64,000 nucleotides of DNA from Octopus sinensis (GCF_006345805.1 NC_043001.1:76694001-76758000); one strand, 5' to 3'. Shown: positions 12,151-25,692, numbered from the stretch's first letter. A program made the numbers and translations. Notes: a model not told the origin generated them from the letters alone.

Positions 12151-12269
12151 CCGGGAACAAAATTTGCTTAGGTGGTGCAAACCCAGGTCTAAATTTTCTA
12201 CGAAAACCGTGGATTTTTTCAATGCTGGCATTAAAACAAATGCAGTTATAATAATAATTTTTTTAATTA

Positions 12270-12730
12270 TGAGAGTCGACTGAAATGCTCATAAGCTGAG
12301 CAAACATTCTCATAGAATGTGACTAAATGACATAATTCCTCTTACTGTCCACACACTTCCATCAGTAGTTGCAGTGCTTGGATTGCACTGGTAAAGACGC
12401 TATACTGTTGGTCAAAATAGTCAACAACAGTAGATAAGACGTCATCATCACATTGATATTGGTGTCCAGCCAAGTGTTTTTTTCACGTTGGGAAACATGA
12501 TAATCAGATGATAATCAGATAATCAGATAATCACTAACATAGGGAGGGTAATCAGCCAGTTCAGACCCAGCCACACACAGCAGCCATTGAAACCAAGGAC
12601 TTGTGTACTGATGGATTGTCCTAATGAGACAAGACTCTATTCATCAGATTTTCTGAACGCCGGGTCTTGATAGGCTTTCGAAACGGCCTTAGCAAGTTGG
12701 CATTGAATTTTCCATTGCTGCTGTAATCAT
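12270..12730 (-). mobile_element. Mariner 3' remnant (decayed transposase C-terminus plus TIR)
   Basis: The minus strand gives traces resembling ANLLR, H.DN...HKSLVSMAAV and FP.VKKHLAG..YQCDDDV; TIR-like TA-tgagagtcgactgaaatgctcata at 12268. Confidence 0.6.
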
Positions 12731-12811
12731 TTTGAAGATTGTCAATAAACACAATATTTTTTTGCATTAACATATAGTATATGTAATAATGTGAAGTATA
12801 TTTTGTATTTT

Positions 12812-13158
12812 AAAATATTGTATTTTCCGAAATATATCCGCCGCGGTCGACTATGCCTTTCACCTCTTTCAGGTCAAAATATTGTATTTTCCGAAATATA
12901 TCCGCCGCGGTCGACTATGCCTTTCACCTCTTTCAGGTCAAAATATTGTATTTTCCGAAATATATCCGCCGCGGTCGACTATGCCTTTCACCTCTTTCAG
13001 GTCAAAATATTGTATTTTCCGAAATATATCCGCCGCGGTCGACTATGCCTTTCACCTCTTTCAGGTCAAAATATTGTATTTTCCGAAATATATCCGCCGC
13101 GGTCGACTATGCCTTTCACCTCTTTCAGGTCAAAATATTGTATTTTCCGAAATATATC
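12812..13158. repeat. Perfect 64-bp tandem repeat, about 5.4 units
   Basis: ccgcggtcgac recurs at 12841, 12905, 12969, 13033 and 13097; units are identical. Confidence 0.95.
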
Positions 13159-13329
13159 AAATGAAACAAACATAAGCAGTAAAAATACAAATTACAAGTA
13201 TTTCAAAATGTGAGACGCTACATCACGAAACTAACGAAAAAGAATATAGTGGTGCTTGTGTTCCAAAGGTACGAATAATTCTGTGAAGAAAAATACATTG
13301 GTCCCCAGTGCAGCTTGTACATGGTAATG

Positions 13330-14200
13330 TGTGCGGAGTAAACGCAAAACATGGCGTCAAAGAACTTGGTGGCAGTTCTCTCACCTCTGGCTATCTCAAA
13401 AGAAATTCCTTACTTGTAGCCATCTATTGGTTCAAAACAGACCACGCATTTGTTGGTTTGGCAAGCGGTCTCTTTCGATGACTAAAAGCATCCTGTTGGC
13501 ACAAATGGGTATGGCCATGTGACCACTTGTAGAAAACAGGCAAAATATGCCAATTGGCAGCTACCTAAGCCTAGACAGCAAAATAATAAGCATAGCATTC
13601 GCTACATCTTCATATGAGACATAGAAGAATCAAGTAACCTTCTCCTCTACAGCTACCAGCCACGGAGCGCCAAGTAGTGCATATAGAAGGTAAAATGGAA
13701 AACATACCCTTCATCTGGGTTAAAAAAGATTGTGCACGACAAACGTCTGACAAGTATATAGAAGAAGTAGAATAAGCGGGAGCAGTTCTGGTCCTCATGG
13801 GTAATAATCGAATGAACACGATTGTGAATGAAAACGGCCGAAATGGGGTTCTTCCGAATAGTCTTTGGCAATATGTTACTCTATTGAGTGCGTTCCAAGT
13901 AGGGTCTCTACTTCAACGAACTGGGAGATCACAGCTCCGATACTACGGAAATGTCGTTAAAATCTTTCAGGAAAGAATCAATAGACAGGATTTACGGGCA
14001 AAAGCAATTGACAGGAAACTCAAGGGAAGATCATGAGCTCGGTTGGTCAATTTTCGGGTTCTAGCTGAATCATTTGGAGACGGTTGATTGTGACGGGACA
14101 CGATGGGAGACAGGCTTGAGGAATATTCCACTCGTAATACTTCCAATGTGGATGAAGACAAGTGGAGATTTACATACACAAATAATCCACACACATAAAC
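13330..14200 (+). mobile_element. Heavily decayed DIRS-like (tyrosine recombinase) retrotransposon fragment
   Basis: Frameshifted traces resembling RNase H (KEL.AVL...SHLLVQ/TDH), the downstream ORF2 region, and YR N-terminus (SIDRI...ELGWSIFG), in the expected order. Confidence 0.4.
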
Positions 14201-14551
14201 ACATATACCTGTATATATATTGGTTTCAACCTTTGGCACAAGGCCAGAAATTTCGGTGGAGGAGGAAACGCGATGACACCGACTCCAGTGTTCAACTGGT
14301 ACTTATTTTATTGACCCGTAAAGGATGAAAGGTAAGGTCGACCTCGGCGGAATTGGAACTCAGAAGGTAAAGCCGAGCGAAATACTGCTAAGAATTTTAC
14401 CCGGCATGCTAACGATTCTGCCAGCTCACCGCCTTTATATCAGTATATGTTGGTGGACAGATAGGCCTGCACACACACACAAACACACACACACATAAAT
14501 GTATATAAAAACACCCACCCATAGGCATACACACATGTGGGGATATTTTGA

Positions 14552-14916
14552 GTGGACCTCACAAATGTGTCATCCACACAATTGTTTCCTCATAACTTTC
14601 AGAAAACATAGATATATTTTAAGGGAATATTCTACAAATACCTCTCAGCGTACATTACGACTATATCGGAATTTAATGTGAAAAAAATAGAGGTGACGTG
14701 CACATATATACTGGCACACATCCCAATGTTTTTTTTCAAAATTTCACGTTCCATTTTGTCGATATGTATGTTATGTGTGTCAGCATATATGTGTCTACTT
14801 TCGCGAATTTTTTCATTTTTTTTTTTCACATTAAATTCCGATATAATTGTAATCTACACCATTTTTCTGGAAGTTATCAGGAAACAAATTTGGGGGCACA
14901 ATTGTGTGGGTCTGCC
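14552..14916. mobile_element. MITE with long imperfect TIRs
   Basis: tatatcggaatttaatgtgaaaaaaa vs ttttttcacattaaattccgatata, and tttcctcataactttcagaaaa vs ttttctggaagttatcaggaaa. Confidence 0.65.
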
Positions 14917-15819
14917 GTTTTATGCACCTTTGAGTTCTTAAACACCCTCTGTAACATGCTGGTTGGTACCATAACATAGTTACAAGTTGTGCGGTATTGT
15001 TCCTCCAACCGTATGAACTCTTAGCCAGGCAATTTCAGGACAGGAAACCTGGAGGTTCCAACCAGAAACGATACTTCACTCTCGATATATTCGCACAGAA
15101 TATTTCATTTTAAACAATCGTGTAACTTTAATGGGATATGATAGTAAGGATCGGTAAATAATAATCGTACACGAAATAAACCTTTCTAGTATAGGAGCAG
15201 GGCTTGAAATTTGGTGGAACGTGTAATCGATCATACTGATCCCAAAGTTCGAGTGGCACTTATTTTATCAACACGGATCAAGGGAACCATCGACCTAGGT
15301 CGAATTTGAACTCAGACTGCAAATATGGACAACATGCCACTAGCGTGCCAACCATTCTGCTACTCACCATCTTATGAAAACGAAATAACAATGGTTACTC
15401 AACTTTTCACTCTGCCAAAATGAAAAACATGAACCCACCGGCTGTATCATCAAAATTAAATTCCGCTTCATTGGCGTAAATACAGACATTCTGTTTTCTT
15501 TGATATTCTTTCAAAGGTAAATATTTCTAAAAAAATTTCTTCACAGATATCTTTCCATGTCTTGTGTTAATGCATGTATGTAGTGAGCGAGATTTGACTG
15601 CTATTTCTAGCGGGACTAATAGCCACGTCATGGACCTACAGTTGAACAAATCGTATAAATATGAGGAATCCCTGCGATGTTCTGAAGAGAAACTGCTGAG
15701 TGTAGTGAATTATGGTGCCTAAGAGATTGGGTACAGTGAGGATTCGACCTCAGCTGGTAAATACGAAAGAAATGCCATCAGGCATTTTGCCCGTCATGCT
15801 AAACATCGTGCCAGCTCGT

Positions 15820-16770
15820 TGCCTCTATGTCTCTTTTACTGTTTTACTCTTTTACTTGTTTCAGTCATTTGACTGCGGCCATGCTGGAGCACCGCCTTTA
15901 GTCGAAGAAATCAAACCCAGGACTTATTCTTTGTAAGCCTAGTACTTATTCTATCCGTCTCTTTTGCCGAACCGCCAAGTTACTATTTCTTTACTACCCA
16001 CAAGGGGCTAAACACAGAGAGGACAAACAAGGACAGACAAACGGATTAAGTCGATTATATCGACCCCATAGCGTAACTGGTACTTATTTAATCGACCCCG
16101 AAAGGAGGAAAGGCTAAGTCGACCTCGGCGGAATTTGAACTCAGAACGGAACAGCAGACGAAGTACGGTTATGCATTTCGCCCGGCGTGCTAACGTTTCT
16201 GCCAGCTATAAGCACACCAGCATCGGTTGTCAAGCGATATTGGGGGACAAACACTCACACATACGCACACACACACACACACGTATAGATATATACATAT
16301 ATACGACGGGCTTATTTCAGTTTCCGTCTACCAAATCCACTCACAAGGCTTTGGTCGGCCCAATGCTATAGTAGATGATACTTGCCCAAGGTACCACGCA
16401 GTGGGACTGAAGTCGGAACCATGTGGTTGGTAAGTAAGCTACTTACCACACAGCCACTCCTGCGTCTATAAAACGAAAACGAACAACCTTAATCGATTTT
16501 CGAACCTTATTGGGTTTTCATCAAAGGCGTCCACATCATTCTGTCTGTATATATTGATTGAAAATTTTGACAGAAGATCAGGAATTCCGGGGGAGGGGGT
16601 AAGTGCATTACATAGATTCCGGTACTCAATTGGTATTTTTTTTTATCGACTGGAAAGATGAAAAGCAAAGTCGATATCGGCGGAATTTGAACTCAGAAAT
16701 TGAAGACGGACGAAATGACGCTAAACAGTTTGCCCGTCGTGCTAACGGTTGTGTCAGCTCGCCACCTTTA
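15820..16770 (-). mobile_element. Nested SINE cluster: family A (about 15985-16205) inside a family B copy, plus a further degraded family A
   Basis: Family B tail at 15820-15975 and body at 16205-16468 are split by a family A copy. Confidence 0.75.
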
Positions 16771-17100
16771 TATCTGTATATGGGTGGAGGGCAGAATCTC
16801 TCGCTGTTTCAAATGTGGCCAAAAGGGCCACATTAGAGCAGATTACCCGGAGAAAAAGAGAGAAAGCCGGAAGGACGAACGGAAGGAACCAGAAAAGGTG
16901 GAAGAATAAGCAGAGTAGAAGGAGGAAGAAACTGAAGGTGGTGAAGCAGAGAAAGAGAAAAAAAAAGAAGCCAAGGTGAACAGAAACCCAAACCCACACC
17001 CATCCCACCCTCCCCTTGCAGACTAACACACCCATTCCCTCCCGACAAATAATAATAAGAAAAAAGAAGTACAGACACACACGAAATCACCCCTCCCAAT
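16770..17100 (+). pseudogene. Non-LTR (Tx1/L1-like) ORF1 zinc-knuckle fragment
   Basis: VEGRISRCFKCGQKGHIRADYP is a CX2CX4HX4C knuckle with the last Cys changed to Tyr, followed by a charged K/E-rich tract. Confidence 0.5.
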
Positions 17101-17516
17101 TGTTATTTAGTTTTAATGTTTGAGGAAGTTGATGCAGACATGTTAAGTAAAATAGCAAAGCGGAAGGACATAAAACGAGTGAACTCAGAAGGAAAATCAT
17201 GGTACAATTTTCTTGCGGTGCCTAAGAATAGATTGAAGGAGATATACGAATACAAGGGTTGTTTTTCATGTTAGAGAATTAACTGTAATATAGAAGAGAT
17301 ATCAGAAAATATGAGATATGATGAACTAACTAAAAAATACGGCATTGGCATGCCGGTGAACGAAGAAATTGAAGGAAGTAAGTAACGCTACCTGAGGTGG
17401 GGCTGGTAGCTCATTTCCATTTATCATTGTCATCTTCATACATTATATCATACGTTTTTATGTTTTGTATGTTTTTATCGTTTTTTTTTAATATATGTTT
17501 TATGTCCCCTCTTGTG

Positions 17517-17815
17517 GGGTATTTGCCCTTTATCAATGCAGAGTAGCCATTGATAAAGGGCAAATACCCTGAAACATGTCTGCAGATGCCTGACCAGCAA
17601 GGGGAAGCGGCTGACCGCCCCTGTTCGAACGTTATAATGGACACAGGTTCGTGTGTCATATAGCTAGTTAGAGGTGATGGCCCCTTGGAGCTAATCAACG
17701 GCAGCTTTCGTCCTATATTTATGGACTGCCATATTAGCTTGGCGATAACTATTAATATCCAGTACCGCTGCCGTAGTATCCTTTAGAAAGACTTAGAAAT
17801 AATATTTCTATATAG
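17517..17815 (+). mobile_element. PLE-type end fragment with 22-bp fold-back and U3-A8 hammerhead motif
   Basis: Perfect 22-bp stem 17517-17538/17548-17569. Motif TTGATAA-AGGG..CCCT-GAAA-CATG-TC at 17550-17580. Confidence 0.5.
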
Positions 17816-18904
17816 ATGTGTGTGTGTGTGTGTATGTGTGTGTGTATGTATGTATCTATGTATGTTGTCAATTCAAAGAACAGAGAACGAAAGAAAAAGA
17901 AAACAGTAAACGAACTCCAGGACGTAGCACAAGCAATGTATAAATATGACAGTCGGTGAAGGAAGAGAGTTGTTGTTTTACGTTTTGAACACAACTCTTT
18001 GAAAGTTCAAAATGAAAGAAGGGAGAAGGAGGAAAATTACCAACAGTCATGTGCGGTTATATTTCTGAAGTGACCGGAAGTAGAAAGAGAAAGTGCTTTC
18101 TGGGACAGGAGAGTATGAAGGTGGTCGGTATGTGTGTGTTTGTATGTGTGTGTATGGTAGCGTTTGTGTGTGTGGCAATAACTGCGCGTGTGTGTGTATG
18201 CGTGGTAGCGTGTGTGCGTGTGGTGGTAACTGTGTGTAGTGCGTAGTAGTGTGCGTAGGTGGAAGGGTCAATAGTAAGTCAGTCACAGTCTGAAGAGTAT
18301 GTGAATGAGTGCGTGTGGCTATGTGTGTGTAATGGCATGTGTGCGTAAACAGAGTGGGAATGTGTATGTGTGTGTGTACATGTGTATAGGTGCGTGTGTG
18401 CGTGTCTCTCTGTGTCACTCAGTGTTTGTGTCTCTCTCTGTATATATATGTGTGTGTATGTGAGTGCGTGTGGGGATGTGTGTGTTGAGTGTGTGTGGAG
18501 AGTTGTGTGTGTGGAGGTATATGTGCGTGTGCGTGCGTGTGTGTGCGTGAGAGGGAGAGAGGGGGTGGTGGAGTGTGTGGGGGTACGATGTTGTAGCCAG
18601 TGGTGTGAGATTTATTTGTGCAGGCGTGGGTGTGTGCGTGTGCATGTGTGAGAGTCTGTGTACGTGTGCGCGCGCGGTGTGTGATGTGTGGTATAGGTAT
18701 ATAAAAACTAAAAAATATACAATAAATAAAAAATAAAATTTAGTAATAATAAAAATATATGTAAAAGATTATGCGAATAAATCAGTAACAGACATAGAAT
18801 CAGTTACAGAAATAAATAAAATTAGTTACAGAAATAAAAAAAAAAAATAATAATAAATAAAATAATTAAAAAAATAAGATGTTGTTTAGAAAGGGGTGTG
18901 GGGA

Positions 18905-19197
18905 AAGTCACGGAGAAGAGGGAGTTGTGTTGAGTCCGAAAGGAGTTTGAATACGTAGAGTGAAAATCTAACGCTGATCCAGGCGGACCCTAGAGTTGGT
19001 GGATCCATGGTGTAGGACAGGGTCAAAGACTAACGAAGGCCAAAGACGTTGAGGTCTGAGGTGGAGTGGCCGGTCAGGGGAAAATGACGGGAGACGGGTT
19101 TGTTCTTAGGTAGACGAACGTCTAGTAGGTATTCGTGAACGTCGGCAAGCCGGCGACCCATCTGACCAACGTAATGTTTATTGTAAAGGTTGCGCCT
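18905..19197 (-). pseudogene. Penelope-like (Neptune/Poseidon-type) GIY-YIG endonuclease C-terminal fragment
   Basis: NKHYVGQMGRRLAD..HEYLLDVR..KNKPVSRHF...HSTSDLNVFGL...IFTLRIQTPFGLN. Confidence 0.75.
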
Positions 19198-19371
19198 GAT
19201 ATATATATATGCATATATATATTATAATATATTATATATTATATATTATATATATATATAATATATATATATATATATAATATATGTAGGTCCCGGTTTG
19301 ATTCGGGGTTAACCACAGTAAATAAGGTACTCAATACATAGCAGAGTAAAATTAATTTATTATATAGAAGG

Positions 19372-19422
19372 AGCTTCTACAGGACTAGAACTGTTTCATT
19401 CAAGAGAAATCTTCAGGAAGCT
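19372..19422 (-). ncRNA. Type I hammerhead ribozyme motif (inverted pLTR copy)
   Basis: Exact reverse complement of 23318-23368. Confidence 0.65.
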
Positions 19423-19997
19423 AGTTAACAAGAATTGTATTGGCATTTATACATTTAGGCAGGTTTAAAGGGGTGTTGGTGGGGGACTTTTTGGGGGTAG
19501 GCATAGCGCAAAATATCATACTTGGGGGAGTGGTCAAGGAGTCAGTGTTACATTAGATAGAGGAATAAATAAAAAAATAAAAAAATATATATAAAAAAAG
19601 GGAATAGAGTTTTAGGTAAATAAGGAGATTCTCACTTATACCTATGCACATATGTATACATATATACACACACATACAAACATCATACATATACATACAC
19701 ACATACATACACACACACTATATACATATATATACACTTACACATACATATACATATCTACACATACACATATAGTATTACATACACACACTCACATGCA
19801 TACACGTATACAACACATGTATTTATACACACACGACCACACATACATATACACACAGAAAAATATATATACACATACACACACATACACACATACACGC
19901 ATACACACAATATCCACACACACACATGCACACAACAGCACACTAGTCCCTATATACACATATATACACATACACACATAATACACACACATAAACC

Positions 19998-21129
19998 CCA
20001 GGACCACGGATGGGTTCCGGAAAAAATCTTTCCACCTTCTTTAAAAACTTAGGCCTTAGATTACCTTAGAATCCAACTTAAAAAAGCTAACTTCCTTGAT
20101 GTCACCCTCGACTTAAAAACCTCACTTTATTACCCATACCACAAACCAAATGAATCCCTTAGATATATAGATATTAATTCCAACCACCCCAAAAAATATT
20201 AGATAACCTAGTAAAAAGTGTCTCAATTAGAATTTCTAGCCTGTCCGCCACGGAAGATATCTTTAAGGCCGCAGCCCCCTATTACAACGAGGCCCTGGCC
20301 CGCAGTGGATTTAAAGATAAGATCACCTATACTAGTATAGCCCCACACAACCCAGGAAAAATAGACGAAGACACATTAGCTGGTACAACCCCCCCTTCAA
20401 CCGTGAGGTCGCTACACCTGTAGCTAAAATCTTCTTCACTCTCCTACAGAAAACACTACCCCACCCAACAAAGTACTACACTATCCTAATAAGAACACTA
20501 TTAGACTCTCCTACTCTACCACGCCCAATATAGCAGGAACCTAGCCAAACAAACAATGTGAAAAAACTTAACATATCTACTTTTTCCGAGGCCCATCCAA
20601 CGTCCGATAGCAATTGCAACTGCCCTGATAAAACCACTGCCCCCTCAACAACAACTGCCTACAGAGGGACCTAGTATATACATGCGAGGTAAGATCAGGC
20701 CCTGACGATAAAAGAAAATCCTACATCGGAATGACGTCAAACAGCTTTAAGACCCGTTGGTACGCACACACACACTCGTTCCGGCGACAGGATAACTACC
20801 CTCCAACCAAACTACCCTCGCCGCCCACATCTGGTACCTTAAAAGGAACTCCATCCCCTTCAAGACCAAGTGGAAACTACTACAGAAGGCGGCTCGTACA
20901 CAGGAGGCCATACTGCTGTGACCTCTGCATATCGGAGAGCCTAGAGATCTTGTTCGCCAAAGGCCCTCTCCTTAACAAAATCTCAGAACACTCCCCAAAT
21001 TGCATGCATAAGAAGTATGCGAACTACAAGAACTATAGACCTACCCGGCAACCAGATGATGACACCCCACCCACAAACCCCCCCCAATCCCACCGTTCCC
21101 CTAGCACCCCCGATTCCCTTTTCTCCTAA
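19998..21129 (+). pseudogene. PLE RT C-terminus plus GIY-YIG endonuclease, frameshifted
   Basis: ANFLDVTLDL..YYPYHKPN...INSNHP, WYNPPF, CNCP...CPLNNNCL..LVY.CEV..KSYIGMTSNSFKTRWYAH, CDLCISE..LLNK..CMHK. Confidence 0.85.
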
Positions 21130-22093
21130 GACCTTTCACATATGTATGTGCACGCTTGTATATGTGTATCGTATATATGTATAAGAAATGTATGGGTATA
21201 TTAGGAATATACGCATGTATTATGTGTGTGTGTGTGTGTATGTATGTAAAAATAATATATATATATATGTATGTGCGTGTGTGTGTGTGTGTGTGTATAT
21301 GTATATATGTATTATGTATATATGTATATTTGTGTATGCATATGTATGTGTATATGTATGTAGATGTGTATATATATGTTGTGTATATATACATGTATAT
21401 AGGTATATGTATAGGTGTGTATATATATATATATATAATATTATATGTATATGCGAGTATGTAGAGATAATAAGTATGTGCATGTGTATATATGTGTGTA
21501 TATATATGTATAGGTATGTGTATTGTATGTATGTATATAATATGTGTGTGTGTATGTATGCATATATGTATGTATGTATGTATGTATGTTTGCACACATG
21601 TATATGTGTGTATATTATATATATATATAATTATAATATATAATATATATATAATATATATGTATATATATATGTATGTGTGTGTGTATATATGTGTGTA
21701 TGTGTATGTATGATGTATATATATGCGTGCGTATGTGTATGTGTATATGTACATATACGTGTACGCTCGTGTGTTTATGTATATGTAGGTACGTAGAGTT
21801 ATCTATGTGTGTATGTATTGTACCTGTGTGTAAGTATGTATATATATAGTGTATATATGTGTGTGTATATATATATGTATATGTATATGTATATATATGT
21901 GTATATGTATATATATATATAGATATATATATATATTATATAATATATATATTAATTATAGTTAAGTTTATATGTATGTATCCGTCTATATAATAGGTAA
22001 CTGCGATGTATAATACACAGGCAAAGCAGAGTTATAACAGAGTAATTTCCCTTCATTTTTAACGGTATTTTTTCATAACGTTTTCAAATAGCC

Positions 22094-22156
22094 AGATAAC
22101 CGAAGAGATGGTGTTGTGGATTTCCACTTCGGCATCTGAAACTCAGAGTTTTATCT
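22094..22156 (+). ncRNA. Type I hammerhead ribozyme motif (U4C variant)
   Basis: Stem I AGATAA/TTATCT, core CCGAAGA, stem II GATG..CATC with inner GTGGA/TCCAC, then GAAA-CTCAGAG-TT. Confidence 0.6.
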
Positions 22157-22177
22157 TGACTACGAGTAATGTAACAT

Positions 22178-22282
<105 letters not shown>

Positions 22283-22289
22283 GTGTGAG

Positions 22290-22320
<31 letters not shown>

Positions 22321-22730
22321 ATGTATTTGTATAGGTGTATATGTATGTGTGTGTATTTATATTTATTGGTGTATATGTATAAACTAGCCTTCTAAGAGTG
22401 TAGACATGAATCTGTAGGTACGCGTACGTATGTGTATATACGTGAATGTATGTAGATGTATGTATGTATGAATATAACGCGTGTGCGTGCGTGTATGTGT
22501 ATGAGTGTACGAATGAGTGAGTGTACGTGCTAAAGAGTGTGCGTGAGTGAATGAGTGCTTGTTTTCCAGTAGACAGATAAATGGACTGGCTGTCATAGCC
22601 AAGATGTTTGTGACCAGCGGTCAAAGATAACAAAAGTAATAAATGAAGATAATGAAATTAAAATTAGGGAATGGGTCTGTATTTGTATGTGTTATATATA
22701 TGGTGTATGTGTAGGTATGCATAGGTACAC

Positions 22731-22788
<58 letters not shown>

Positions 22789-23317
22789 ATGTATGTGTGT
22801 GTATATATGTGTGTATGTGTATATATGTGTATATAGGGACTAGTGTGCTGTGTGTGCATGTGTGTGTGTGGATATGTGTGTGTATGCGTGTATGTGTGTA
22901 TGTGTGTGTATGTGTATATATATTTTTCTGTTGTATACGTGTATGCATGCAGTGAGTGTGTGTATGTATACATATATGTGTATGTGTAGATATGTATATG
23001 TATGTGTAAGTGTATATATATGTATATATGTGTGTGTGTAGTGTGGTATGTATATGTATATATGTTGTATGTTGTGTATATATGTATACATATGTGCATA
23101 GGTATAAGTGAGAATCTCCTTATTTACCTAAAACTCTATTCCCTTTTTATATATATTTTTTTATTTTTTTATTTATTCCTCTATCTAATTTAACACTGAC
23201 TCCTTGACCACTCCCCAAAGTATGATATTTTGCGCTATGCCTAACCCCAAAAAGTCCCCACCAACACCCCTTTAAACCTGCCTAAATGTATAAATGCCAA
23301 TACAATTCTTGTTAACT

Positions 23318-23368
23318 AGCTTCCTGAAGATTTCTCTTGAATGAAACAGTTCTAGTCCTGTAGAAGCT
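23318..23368 (+). ncRNA. Type I hammerhead ribozyme motif
   Basis: AGCTTC-CTGAAGA-TTTC TCTT GAAT-GAAA-CAG ttctagtc CTG-TA-GAAGCT; stems I and III are fully paired, with a GUA cleavage triplet. Confidence 0.7.
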
Positions 23369-23373
23369 CCTTC

Positions 23374-23419
<46 letters not shown>

Positions 23420-24039
23420 CTATATATATATATATATATTGTGTGTGTGTGTGTGTACACACACACACACACATATATATATAAACATATTTATAATACA
23501 TAGGTATATATATACATGTATGTATATATATACATATACATATAGGTATATACATATATACATACATAAATATGTACATATATTTATACATACATATATA
23601 TACATATATATATATATATACATATACATAAATATATACACATATATACATACATAAATACACATATATGTACGCATGTATATACATATACACATATACG
23701 CACTTACACACACACGCACACACGCACACATATCTATAGTGAAACTATTAAAAGTGAAACTATTAAAAATGAAACAATATAAAAGTGAAACTATTATATC
23801 ACATTACAATAGAGTTGTTATTGTTTCACTTTTGACACGTAATACAGAAGCAGTCTAAAAATTGCTACTAGTTCACATTAAGCAAGAAGTTGTAAAGCTA
23901 TTTGGCCTATGACACTCCATGGACCCTCAGTAAAGCGTAAAATTTAATTGAAATCACACGGGTAGTTCTCGAGTTTTAGTGATTTACACAAACACACATA
24001 TTCTCAGGTTTATGTGTGTGTGTGTGTGTGTGTGAAAGA

Positions 24040-24580
24040 GTATATATATATATACGGCAGGCTTCTTTCAGTTTCCGTCTACCAAAGCCACTCACAAGGC
24101 TTTGGTTGACCCGAGGCTATAGTAGAAGACACTTGCCCAAGGTGTCACGCATTGGAACTGAACCTCGAACCATGTGGTTAGGAAGTAAGCTTCTTGCCTG
24201 CGCCTATATATATATATTTTTATTCTTTTACTTGTTTCAGTCATTTGACAGCGGTCATGCTGGAGCACCGAACAAATTGACCCAAGGATTTATTCTTTGT
24301 AAGCCTAGTTTTTATTCTATCGGTCTCTTTTGCCCAACCGCTAAGTTACGTAACCACACCAATATCTGTTGTCAAGCGATAGTGAGAGGACAAATACAGA
24401 CATAATACATACATACACACATATATCTACGACGGGATTCTTTCAGTTTCCATCTACCAAATCCACTGACAAGGCTTTGGTCAGCGTGAGGCTATAGTAG
24501 AAGACACTTGCGCAAGGTGTCACACAGTGGGGTTGAACTCGGAACCATGTGGTAGGGAACCAAGCTTCTTACCTCACAAC
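24040..24580 (-). mobile_element. Two partial family B SINE copies
   Basis: The CORE-like tatagtagaagacacttgc.caagg segment occurs twice; tail motif at about 24235-24270. Confidence 0.75.
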
Positions 24581-24890
24581 AATATATACGTTTATGAATA
24601 TGGATGAATATGTATATGTGTAGGTGTGTAAGTTTGTGTATGTATGTATGTATGTATGTATGTATGTATGTATGTATGTATGTATGAATGTATGCATGCA
24701 TGTCAGTGAACAGGTCGCGGTCTTATAGCGACGAAAATATTTTGACAAATTAAACTTAAATGTTGAAGTGAATCGAACGGCTTTTGTGTGTTACTTAAAT
24801 GGCTTACAAACACCTTCCACGCTGCAATTGTTTTCGTTTCAGCACACGATCTCAGATCAGATCACTTGCTATGCAAGTACATCTCCGTTA

Positions 24891-24932
<42 letters not shown>

Positions 24933-25135
24933 TGTATGTATGTATATAAATATATACACAGACCCAATTAAATATAAATATCTAAATATGTATATTTATG
25001 TGTGTGTGTGTGTGTGTGTGTGCATGCGTGTGCACACACATCCGGAGATAGCTAGCCAGTTAGCGAGCTAGCAAGCTTGCTGACTACATAGATAGATAGA
25101 TAGATAGATATGTTTCTTTATTAGCCACACAGGGC

Positions 25136-25167
<32 letters not shown>

Positions 25168-25220
25168 CAGACAGATACACATACTGACAGACAGACAAAC
25201 AGACAGACAAATAGATAGAT

Positions 25221-25268
<48 letters not shown>

Positions 25269-25464
25269 AACAGATAGATTCGGCCATCATTTATAAGATT
25301 CACTTTTCGTCTTGAGTTACAGAAGATTATGCATCAGTGCAGATTAGGACACTCGAGTTGCCAGGGAGCGCGTCTACTTAACACTCTTGAGCAATAAAAC
25401 TGGGTTAATTGCTACTAATCAACTATTACCATCTGTTAATGTCATCATCTAGCAATTGTTGTTA

Positions 25465-25692
25465 TTATTTATTTCTTTATTGCCCACAGGGGGCTAAAAA
25501 CAGGAAGAACAAACAAGGACAGACAAGCGGATTAAGTCGATTATATCGACCCCAGTGCGTAACTGGTACTTATTAAATCGACCTCGAAAGGATGAAAGGC
25601 AAAGTCGACCTCGGCGGAATTTGAACTCAGAACGTAACGGCAGACGAAATACCGCTAAGCATTTCGCCCGGCGTACTAACGATTCTGCCAGC
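25465..25692 (-). mobile_element. Family A SINE
   Basis: Close match to the other family A copies. Confidence 0.85.

Noticed and set aside
12812-13158. CRISPR-like array or vector polylinker (adjacent SacII/SalI sites)
   Set aside because: Units are wholly identical with no unique spacers, no cas genes are present, and GTCGAC is native to the SINE.
20600-21060. Selenocysteine codons in the Naiad-like endonuclease
   Set aside because: The Cys positions I could translate are TGC or TGT; no in-frame TGA at a Cys position.
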